Position numbers and translations under genes: made by a program
The notes under the pieces: model-generated
Seen by the model: the letters and a program-made list of their open reading frames with translations, nothing else
Database searches by the model: none
Told to the model about the DNA's origin: nothing
IMG/VR virus record: IMGVR_UViG_3300028126_000018
Location: 1 to 25,093 of that record
From: a virus
Lineage: Duplodnaviria; Caudoviricetes
Direction: 5' to 3' (one strand)
DNA: 25,093 bases
In this document: positions 1-6,477 of the stretch, piece after piece
How positions within the stretch are numbered: the first letter of the stretch is position 1
How the letters are laid out: each line of letters opens with the position of its first letter

Positions 1-1
1 A

Positions 2-346
2 TACCACACAATCGTAACAGTACACACTAAACACCAACAAGCTAAATACAAGAACGGTGTACCCTATGTAGACAAGCCCACTATGAACGACATAGCAGGA
101 GGTATGCAATGGTCTCGTAAAGGTATGATGGTTATTAATGTATGGCGATGCCCCTTTGGATTGGAAGATGCTAACGGTGTGCCATACGAGCCTAACCAAG
201 TAGAGATTACTGTGGTCAAAGCCAAGCCTAAAATTGTAGGTAAGCTAGGAAGTGTTACATTATTTTATGACAAACTATCAAACAGATATTATGAAATCGA
301 CAGTAAAGGAAAGAAAAGATTCGCATATCAACAGTCTGATTCTTGA
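2..346 (+). CDS. Replicative DNA helicase (SF4, T7 gp4/Twinkle-like), C-terminal part; 5'-truncated by the window edge
   Basis: The frame is open from position 2 (YHTIVTVHTKHQQ...KPTMNDIAGGMQWSRKGMMVINVWR...EITVVKAKPKIVGKLGSVTLFYDKLSNRY). This matches the H3/H4 motifs of SF4 helicases (P..xDIxG..xW..K; K.....G..G...L.YD...R). Confidence 0.75.
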   Translation, partial: YHTIVTVHTKHQQAKYKNGVPYVDKPTMNDIAGGMQWSRKGMMVINVWRCPFGLEDANGVPYEPNQVEITVVKAKPKIVGKLGSVTLFYDKLSNRYYEIDSKGKKRFAYQQSDS

Positions 347-605
347 GCGTAAAACAGCCTTTGCCAACTTGGTGATGGCTTACCTCAAGTTTAATGTGAG
401 CGATGCCCTAAACATAGTAGTTGAAAAAGACGGCAACATATCTATCAATGGGAACTATTATAAGCTCGATGTGTCAGACTACACAGGATGCACAGAAAAT
501 TACATATTCTACAATCCTTCTTCAGGTAGATTATTGATTCAGAAGAATGATGTTAAAAAAATTTATAAACTAGACGTTAACTTATATGACGAGTCAGTAA
601 ATTAG
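291..605 (+). CDS. Hypothetical phage protein
   Basis: The ORF track gives 252..605. The in-frame ATG at 291 (MKSTVKERKD) overlaps the helicase less and is the likelier start. No motif recognised. Confidence 0.6.
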   Translation: MKSTVKERKDSHINSLILERKTAFANLVMAYLKFNVSDALNIVVEKDGNISINGNYYKLDVSDYTGCTENYIFYNPSSGRLLIQKNDVKKIYKLDVNLYDESVN

Positions 606-609
606 TATT

Positions 610-873
610 ATGGATACAAGAGATTTAATACTTGAGGAATCGGAAGCAGCTAGAAATTTGCTTCTTCTGAAGAACGATGCTTATGGTGATTCAGCACTAA
701 ACCCTGCAAACATATTTTCGCAGGGCAATGCGGTTGACAGCCTATGCGCTAGGATTGATGATAAGCTAATGCGTATTAAGATGCGTGGCATCACGGATGA
801 AACAGAAGATACGGTGCAAGACCTTATTGGATACTTGATATTGCTGAAGGTCGCACTAAGAATCAACAGATGA
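610..873 (+). CDS. Nucleotide-modification-associated domain 1 (Nmad1/DUF1599-like, all-alpha NTP pyrophosphatase fold)
   Basis: Motifs LLLKNDAYGDSA, RIDDKLMRI and EDTVQDLIGYLIL are typical of this family. Confidence 0.75.
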   Translation: MDTRDLILEESEAARNLLLLKNDAYGDSALNPANIFSQGNAVDSLCARIDDKLMRIKMRGITDETEDTVQDLIGYLILLKVALRINR

Positions 874-1403
874 GTTTAGAAAAATATCTTTCAGATTCTA
901 TAAAGCTAAACAAAGACAGGGTGCAACACTCTGTCGATATGGGCAAAAGTGCTGAGGCTCTTTTCAAGAAACTTACCAATTCCAAGAAGACAGATGTTGA
1001 GCTTGACAAAAAGCACGTTGACTTCTTTTGGGAAGGTAAACTTGTAGATGTCAAGGGGCTGAAGCCCTGCCACAAGCAAGGGTACTTGCTTATAGAATTT
1101 GTAGGTGGATACGGTACTAGAGGTTGGTGTTCTAAGCAATCTAAAGCAGAATATATAGCCTTTATGTTTCCTGATAAATTCTATGTCTTTGACAAAGATG
1201 TACTCAGGGAGAAAACTATTAGCCTTTGCCCCAAGTATGAGGGCGAGGAATCTGTACTGCGTAAAAATAAAACCCCTATAGAAAAGGGTTTATACAAATG
1301 GCTAGGTCGTTGGAGCAGGAAAGATGTGTTTACCTACATCAAGTTTGAAGATGTAAAAGATATTATATATGACACCATTGACATACCTGCAGATAGAACT
1401 TAA
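870..1403 (+). CDS. PD-(D/E)XK superfamily nuclease
   Basis: HVDF...VDVKG catalytic pattern followed by IEF..G..GW and AEYIAF. ATGA overlap with the upstream gene. Confidence 0.6.
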   Translation: MSLEKYLSDSIKLNKDRVQHSVDMGKSAEALFKKLTNSKKTDVELDKKHVDFFWEGKLVDVKGLKPCHKQGYLLIEFVGGYGTRGWCSKQSKAEYIAFMFPDKFYVFDKDVLREKTISLCPKYEGEESVLRKNKTPIEKGLYKWLGRWSRKDVFTYIKFEDVKDIIYDTIDIPADRT

Positions 1404-1779
1404 CTTACCCAAGCCTCACTCGCTAAACCAATACTATGCAGGGAAGCATTGGGCGATACGAAAAAAACACAAAGATGATTACAGCAAAATCTGTAAAGAA
1501 GAGCTTGAGAAAGGTGATGCGTTCACTATGGACAGCTACGAAATTCATATTACTTACAATTCTCGCCACGATGTCGATAACATTATTCTTGTTTCGAAAT
1601 TCCTATCGGATACTCTCGTTGCTATGGGTTCGGTCAAAGACGATGGTAATAAATACTACAAAAGACTTAATATCAAAATTGACAAAGACCTTCCCAAGGA
1701 TTGCTTTTTGGTCAAAATAAGATGTTACGGATACAAATTAAAAGAAGATGGAAACGAACAGGAACTATCAGAATTGTAA
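1369..1779 (+). CDS. RusA-like Holliday junction resolvase/endodeoxyribonuclease
   Basis: P.SLN.YY, RHDVDN...KFLSDTLV..G.VKDD, matching the RusA DxDN...K...D...DD signature. Confidence 0.75.
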   Translation: MTPLTYLQIELNLPKPHSLNQYYAGKHWAIRKKHKDDYSKICKEELEKGDAFTMDSYEIHITYNSRHDVDNIILVSKFLSDTLVAMGSVKDDGNKYYKRLNIKIDKDLPKDCFLVKIRCYGYKLKEDGNEQELSEL

Positions 1780-1957
1780 ATTAATTAGAAATAGAGTTGA
1801 CTTATATCTTTACGAAATGTCTAAACTGTTTACAAAAATAGGTATTGATTCTACTGAAGAAGAAATACAAGAAGCCTACAGGAGAGAAAACGAATACATA
1901 GATTGTATTGCTAAACTAGACCCTGAAAAGGCAAAAAATCTTAGGTCAAGTTACTGA
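1748..1957 (+). CDS. Hypothetical protein (alternative start ATG 1817)
   Basis: Helical ORF tightly packed in the operon. Its TGA stop overlaps the next ATG (TGATG). Confidence 0.6.
   Translation: METNRNYQNCKLIRNRVDLYLYEMSKLFTKIGIDSTEEEIQEAYRRENEYIDCIAKLDPEKAKNLRSSY
1774..1783 (+). promoter_or_regulatory. TTGTAAATTA motif, putative phage late promoter
   Basis: Exact copy of the 10-mer found at six - strand gene junctions. It overlaps the TTG-TAA end of the RusA-like gene and lies upstream of the sigma and lysis genes. Confidence 0.55.
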
Positions 1958-2175
1958 TGTTGTTTAATAATTCATACGAAGAAATAACTAATAGTGAAGC
2001 GAATATCCTTATTGATATATACGAAGCAATCGAATATATGGTCAGGCACAATCAATCCGTCACATTGGTTGGATTGGGACATATCCTCGACATTAAGCCG
2101 TCAGAATTATCAGATTATCTACCACAGATAATAACAATACTTACTAAGATTGAAGAAAAAAACTCGATACAATAA
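1957..2175 (+). CDS. Small helical/HTH-like protein, possible late-transcription coactivator
   Basis: 72 aa, IEYMVRH...LGHILDIKPSELSDYLP, directly upstream of the sigma-like gene. The gene is likely real; the function is speculative. Confidence 0.55.
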   Translation: MLFNNSYEEITNSEANILIDIYEAIEYMVRHNQSVTLVGLGHILDIKPSELSDYLPQIITILTKIEEKNSIQ

Positions 2176-2563
2176 AGAACTAGTAGAACACGAGGCTCAT
2201 TTATCTGTTGAGCAGGATGCTATAACTAACGAGTTAGGTAAGTTTATATACCAAAGGTGTATAGAAATATCAGGCTCTGCGTTCTTTACCAACGGAGATG
2301 ACGAGCTTAAACAAGCTTTAATTGACGAGGCTGTTATGCGTGTTTGTGAAAAGTTTCTTCATTACTATAAAGAAGGTGGCTCTGCAGCCAACCTGATAAT
2401 AACAATGATATACTCTACGATGACCAACAAGATTGTAGGTCTAAAGTGGAAAGATAAATATGGTCAAAGAATTAAAGGAAAGGTCGTGTGTATAGAAAAC
2501 GGAGAAAAGTTTACACGGCTAGTTAAATATGTAAAGGACGATAACATAAGTAAAAAATTATGA
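2150..2563 (+). CDS. Phage RNA polymerase sigma factor, T4 gp55-like (sigma domain 2 only)
   Basis: TTG start. ITNELGKFIYQRC...F.....ELKQALIDEAVMRVCEKFLHYY....SAANLIITMIYSTMTNKI follows the gp55/sigma region-2 pattern. At 137 aa there is no room for a region 4. Confidence 0.6.
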   Translation: MKKKTRYNKELVEHEAHLSVEQDAITNELGKFIYQRCIEISGSAFFTNGDDELKQALIDEAVMRVCEKFLHYYKEGGSAANLIITMIYSTMTNKIVGLKWKDKYGQRIKGKVVCIENGEKFTRLVKYVKDDNISKKL

Positions 2564-2808
2564 TGGAGATTTATAACGATTGGATTTTAGTAAGCAGCAT
2601 AGGATTGCTGTTTGCATTTTTATTTGTCTTTGAACCCTACGGTTGGGTGATGGAAAGATTATTACCGTTTAAGCCATTTAACTGCGTTCTGTGCTTCTCT
2701 TTTTGGTCAAGCCTACTCTTGTATGCTTACCTTGGAGAAAACCCCTTATATGCAATTTATACAGCTTTCATCGCAGAGCTGTCTTATAGAAAATTAGTTT
2801 CAGAATAA
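2560..2808 (+). CDS. Small membrane protein with KPFNCxxCxSFW motif (DUF1360-like)
   Basis: Two to three hydrophobic segments plus CVLC. Immediately upstream of the endolysin. Confidence 0.6.
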   Translation: MMEIYNDWILVSSIGLLFAFLFVFEPYGWVMERLLPFKPFNCVLCFSFWSSLLLYAYLGENPLYAIYTAFIAELSYRKLVSE

Positions 2809-2825
2809 TGTAGATTAAAATACCT

Positions 2826-3260
2826 ATGAAGCTAATCAAGTCAGTTAGACAAATTACCAAGATTATATTACATTGCACCGCTACCCCTGAAGGTAGGGAT
2901 GTAGATGCAGCAGACATCACTCGATGGCACAAGAACAGAGGATGGAGAAACAATGGCTACCACTACATCGTTAAGCTAGACGGAACGATAGAGGAAGGTC
3001 GCAGCGTACAAATGGTAGGCGCACATACTATAGGACACAATGTAGGAAGTTTAGGCGTTGTTTACGCAGGAGGATGTGATAAGGATATGAATCCTAAAGA
3101 TACAAGAACTCCCGAACAAGACATCGCACTAACCAACCTGTTGTCTGCCCTATTAGAAATGTACCCTATAGCTACGCTACACGGACACAATGAATTTGCT
3201 AACAAGGCTTGTCCTAGCTTTGATGTACAGAAAGAATATAACTTCTTAATTAACAAGTAA
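2826..3260 (+). CDS. Endolysin, N-acetylmuramoyl-L-alanine amidase (Amidase_2, T7 lysozyme-like)
   Basis: IILHCTAT, WH..RGW...GYHY, GAH..GHN, GHNEFANKACPSF, carrying the His/His/Cys zinc ligands. Confidence 0.93.
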   Translation: MKLIKSVRQITKIILHCTATPEGRDVDAADITRWHKNRGWRNNGYHYIVKLDGTIEEGRSVQMVGAHTIGHNVGSLGVVYAGGCDKDMNPKDTRTPEQDIALTNLLSALLEMYPIATLHGHNEFANKACPSFDVQKEYNFLINK

Positions 3261-3265
3261 ACTTT

Positions 3266-3391
3266 ATGAAAAATGATTTTGATGTTAGCGATAGCTTCGC
3301 TGACTTTGTAGACCTATTGTCAAATGATGAGAAAAACAATAACGCTCAATGCTCCATTGATAATCCTGAGTGTGAAGCGTGTGGTAGCTAA
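3266..3391 (+). CDS. 41-aa acidic peptide ending in an RNR-alpha-tail-like CxxC motif (below the ORF track cutoff)
   Basis: ATG 3266 to TAA 3391: MKNDFDVSDSFADFVDLLSNDEKNNNAQCSIDNPECEACGS. It fills the gap between endolysin and holin, with 5-nt and 2-nt spacers. Confidence 0.75.
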   Translation: MKNDFDVSDSFADFVDLLSNDEKNNNAQCSIDNPECEACGS

Positions 3392-3393
3392 TT

Positions 3394-3756
3394 ATGAACC
3401 CACTAAAGAAAATACTAACAGGGAGTGTGAAGGAAACTGTGGATGCAGTTGCCAATGTGGTAGATAGATTTGTAGCAACCCCTGAAGAGAAAGAGGCTAT
3501 ACGTCAAAGTATAGAATCAGAAATTACCAAGCGTTGGGAAGCTGATAGCTTAACAGACTCTTGGTTATCTAAGAATGTACGACCATTAACACTAGCAACT
3601 GTTATGATATTTCTTGTACTAATGACCTTCTTTGAAGGATTCGGTATAAGCAGTATTAATGAGAGATGGATAGGGTTATGGGAAATGGTAAGCGTAACGG
3701 TGATAGGCGGATACTTCGCGGTAAGAAGCGTAGACAAACGGACGAAATTGAAATAA
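3394..3756 (+). CDS. Holin (3TM/GTA-holin-like)
   Basis: D.F..T.EEK, RW.AD...DSWLSKNVRPL, two C-terminal TM helices, GGYF..RS.DK and a basic tail. Follows the endolysin. Confidence 0.75.
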   Translation: MNPLKKILTGSVKETVDAVANVVDRFVATPEEKEAIRQSIESEITKRWEADSLTDSWLSKNVRPLTLATVMIFLVLMTFFEGFGISSINERWIGLWEMVSVTVIGGYFAVRSVDKRTKLK

Positions 3757-3827
3757 AGTGGTGCGATATTGCACCAATAGAATGTACCTGCTTAGGTACT
3801 AATTGTAAACAAAAGGGAGGGCGTTAG
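3678..3827 (+). CDS. Possible overlapping 49-aa basic, Cys-rich peptide
   Basis: ATG 3678 in the -1 frame relative to the holin, ending at TAG 3827: MGNGKRNGDRRILRGKKRRQTDEIEIKWCDIAPIECTCLGTNCKQKGGR. Confidence 0.35.
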   Translation: MGNGKRNGDRRILRGKKRRQTDEIEIKWCDIAPIECTCLGTNCKQKGGR

Positions 3828-3841
3828 CCCTTCTTTTTTTT
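3811..3841 (+). terminator. Rho-independent terminator at the convergence of the two transcription blocks
   Basis: AAAAGGGAGGGC-GTTA-GCCCTTCTTTTTTTT. The stem has G-U pairs and a T8 tail on +, with a weaker T-tract on -. Confidence 0.75.
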
Positions 3842-3985
3842 GTTGTTTATTATCCACCACTTCTGCATCGTATATCCTATTGATGCTACTAGAAGTAATA
3901 TCTTCAAGACCTCTTCTAATTCAGAAAAAGATAATGCCATTGTCGCTGCGTTGACTGTTAGAACTTTGAGGTCTGTAGTATCCAT
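3824..3985 (-). CDS. Small holin-like membrane protein, 53 aa (below the ORF track cutoff)
   Basis: ATG 3985 to TAA 3824: MDTTDLKVLTVNAATMALSFSELEEVLKILLLVASIGYTMQKWWIINNKKKKG. Hydrophobic segments followed by a poly-Lys tail. Last gene of the late operon. Confidence 0.7.
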   Translation of the reverse strand: MDTTDLKVLTVNAATMALSFSELEEVLKILLLVASIGYTMQKWWIINNKKKKG

Positions 3986-3996
3986 AGGTTATATTA

Positions 3997-4512
3997 TTAG
4001 CACTCGCTATCAGAGGTGCTTGATTTAGGATAGAACACAGAGGAATCTTGATATACATCCTCAGCCTCAAACAAATCGTTATCACAACCTTCAGCAGTTG
4101 CAATAGCTTTTATAGCTGTTTTTCCTAAAATATAGTTTACAATTCTTTTATTTATATAGGTAATCTTAGACTCTACCGTTGATGATATAGCATCTAAAGA
4201 CATTTGGTCTGATTTGTTTTCTTCATTCTTGGTACGAGCTGTCTCGCTACGAAGCACAGAAATGGCAGCTCTAGCAGAATACATAGCCAAGCAGTATTTT
4301 ACCAACTTAAACAATTCCTGCTCATCAGCATCTAGTGTTTCAGCTAATACCTTAGCCTCAATGTCTTCGTATAGACAAGAGCCTAGCAGGTCTTGTATAG
4401 ATGTGTACTGCTCTAACTGTATCAGGGCTAGTAATGCACCTCTATCTAAACGCTTAGGTAATGGGAAGTTTTTGTAGAGGTAGTTATCGTCTATGAATAT
4501 AATATCAACCAT
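3997..4512 (-). CDS. Head-tail adaptor/connector protein (DUF6712-like)
   Basis: Directly downstream of the portal. IQLEQYTSIQDLLGSCLYEDI motif, helical. Confidence 0.55.
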   Translation of the reverse strand: MVDIIFIDDNYLYKNFPLPKRLDRGALLALIQLEQYTSIQDLLGSCLYEDIEAKVLAETLDADEQELFKLVKYCLAMYSARAAISVLRSETARTKNEENKSDQMSLDAISSTVESKITYINKRIVNYILGKTAIKAIATAEGCDNDLFEAEDVYQDSSVFYPKSSTSDSEC

Positions 4513-5746
4513 TGCTTATATCTTCTGTGTTAGCACCTTTCAATGATTCTAGGCTAATTTCTTCTTCTACAATTCCTACGTTCATCTTATCGTAACCAAC
4601 CGTACTGAGTATGGTGTTTAGTCCGTCAAGGATTGTTTTCCTGTTTGGTAAAGTTTCTGTAGCTCGGAAGATTTGGTATGCTGTAACCAACTCGTTACCT
4701 GTACCTCCTAGCTTACCTGCTACCATAACACCAAATAATGTAGGGCTAGTAATATTGTGAGCAGTAAGTATCTTAGCATCGTTTAGTCTAGACAATACAT
4801 CTATCGTTTTATCTAGGTTAGACACATCCATAGGAGTAAACTTAGGAGCATCTTCTTCTTTCTTTACCCACGATACAATGAAGTTATCTGCCTGTGGTCC
4901 TGTGAAAGACTCTTTAAACTTATCGTACTCATCACGCTTTTGCTCCGCAGACATATTTCTACCAATGAAGGTGGCTAGTACCTTCGGTGTAAAGCCGTTC
5001 TCAGCAGAGTTTTTAATGTGCTGACCAAATGCAAAATCACCTGCAATATAATGGTAAGCAGAAATATAGTTGGGGACTCCGTAATAAGGATTCCCTGAAT
5101 ACGGATTAGCGATATATAGAAGAGCCTCTGTAGCTTTCTTATCAAACTTATCAAAGCTCTTAATCTTTTTAGGTTCGTTGTGCTGAACACTAGCAGCGTT
5201 GTAACCAAAGTACCTACGCACTATATAGTGTGTTACTTTACCTTGCTCGTTAGGTTCTCCTGCACGAACACCTTTAGGGTCTATAGACTTTAATTCTACA
5301 ATCTTAGTTCTCTCCTTATTCCAACGTACATATAAAGCACAAGCACCCTTATGCTCGTAGTGGAAAGCAGCGTGTGATAACACATCATACATACTTACAT
5401 TAGAACCACCACAATGGTTCATAAATGCTTTTAGTTCTGCCTTAGATTTGTTGGTAGATAGAAAATCATCTTCGTAGCTTACCTCGTTGCCAACAATCAT
5501 TTTCGCCTTCTTAGTCAGAATACCGCTATGGACAGGAGACTGTCGTAGCATCTTATCTAGTATAACAGGAAAATCATCATTTACCCCAAACTTGATGTAG
5601 CTACCTTCAGTCGTTTGACCTAGCTTGTAGCGCATATTAAGGTCACGGATAGTGTTCTCCAATGCGTTGGAAGAAACTACGTTTGCTGTGCCTTGTACAT
5701 AAGTCTTCGGTGCGAAGAACTCTGTTATATTATTTATCAATCCCAT
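4505..5746 (-). CDS. Portal protein
   Basis: FG..DDFP..L....SPVHSGI, YYG.PNY, N..ENGF.P, ILTAH.ITSP.LFG and G...NEL are signatures of Bacteroidota-phage portals. 413 aa. Confidence 0.85.
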   Translation of the reverse strand: MGLINNITEFFAPKTYVQGTANVVSSNALENTIRDLNMRYKLGQTTEGSYIKFGVNDDFPVILDKMLRQSPVHSGILTKKAKMIVGNEVSYEDDFLSTNKSKAELKAFMNHCGGSNVSMYDVLSHAAFHYEHKGACALYVRWNKERTKIVELKSIDPKGVRAGEPNEQGKVTHYIVRRYFGYNAASVQHNEPKKIKSFDKFDKKATEALLYIANPYSGNPYYGVPNYISAYHYIAGDFAFGQHIKNSAENGFTPKVLATFIGRNMSAEQKRDEYDKFKESFTGPQADNFIVSWVKKEEDAPKFTPMDVSNLDKTIDVLSRLNDAKILTAHNITSPTLFGVMVAGKLGGTGNELVTAYQIFRATETLPNRKTILDGLNTILSTVGYDKMNVGIVEEEISLESLKGANTEDISNG

Positions 5747-5752
5747 ATACTA

Positions 5753-5762
5753 TAATTTACAA
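5753..5762 (-). promoter_or_regulatory. TTGTAAATTA motif, putative late promoter of the portal
   Basis: Exact 10-mer, 6 nt before the portal ATG. It overlaps the upstream TTG-TAA stop. Confidence 0.6.
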
Positions 5763-6098
5763 GTCTACAAACCTAACACTATCACCATATATACCTGCTC
5801 CTGTTTGAGTAGATACATAGTCTTCTATATGCACTAGGTATGTATATTCATTGCTACCATTTATAAGCGTTAGTGTGTATTCACCTCCATCTTCTAAAGG
5901 GTATTCTTCAGATAACAAATCTATGTTTAAAGTAATGAAATCTTTGCAAGAATCGTAATTATTATTGTCCTGTAAACCCTCAAAGGTAAGTTCGTAATCA
6001 CCTACTACCTTTGATAACTTCACGGTAAATTCTCCTGTAAAGGATGCTAACTTTACAAAAGACAATGTGTTTACTCTTCCCTTTTTAAGATGCTTCAT
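5757..6098 (-). CDS. Hypothetical virion protein (beta-rich)
   Basis: 113-aa ORF in the structural operon, just upstream of the portal. Confidence 0.65.
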   Translation of the reverse strand: MKHLKKGRVNTLSFVKLASFTGEFTVKLSKVVGDYELTFEGLQDNNNYDSCKDFITLNIDLLSEEYPLEDGGEYTLTLINGSNEYTYLVHIEDYVSTQTGAGIYGDSVRFVDL

Positions 6099-6105
6099 TA
6101 ATTAT

Positions 6106-6474
6106 TTATTCTTCAGTTATTTCGGGTGGATTACAGTATTCGCTATCAGGAAATAGCTCACAATAGGTTTTAGCGTACTCGTCTCTTTGGCTTGAGCTAC
6201 CAAAGCTATGCACTCCTAATGGTGTAGGGAACACTATAGCACTTTCCCAATCTGCGTGAGGCTCACCACTCCAAGACACATCTACCGCATACTTTTCAGA
6301 CAACACAGGTGCTGTAACCTCGTTGCCTTCTTCATCGTACTCACCTGCTACCTTTACAATATAGCCAAGCTTTACTATTGATTGCGTGAGGTTGCCTTCT
6401 TCATCTCTTAAAAGGTCAATAGCTTTATTAGCTTCTGCCTCATCTACGAACTCGTATTTTCTTGTTATATACAT
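6106..6474 (-). CDS. Fibre-associated small acidic protein (possible chaperone); paralog of 9863..10186
   Basis: Shares RKYEF, DEEGN.T..I..LG, Y.VDV.W.GE, P.G.H.FG and Y...C.E..P with 9863..10186. Each follows a fibre gene. Confidence 0.7.
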   Translation of the reverse strand: MYITRKYEFVDEAEANKAIDLLRDEEGNLTQSIVKLGYIVKVAGEYDEEGNEVTAPVLSEKYAVDVSWSGEPHADWESAIVFPTPLGVHSFGSSSQRDEYAKTYCELFPDSEYCNPPEITEE

Positions 6475-6477
6475 ATC

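Noticed and set aside
3840-4103. Track ORFs 3840..4028 (+) and 3921..4103 (-)
   Set aside because: They have poor starts and overlap better-supported genes. The 3824..3985 (-) ORF explains the region.
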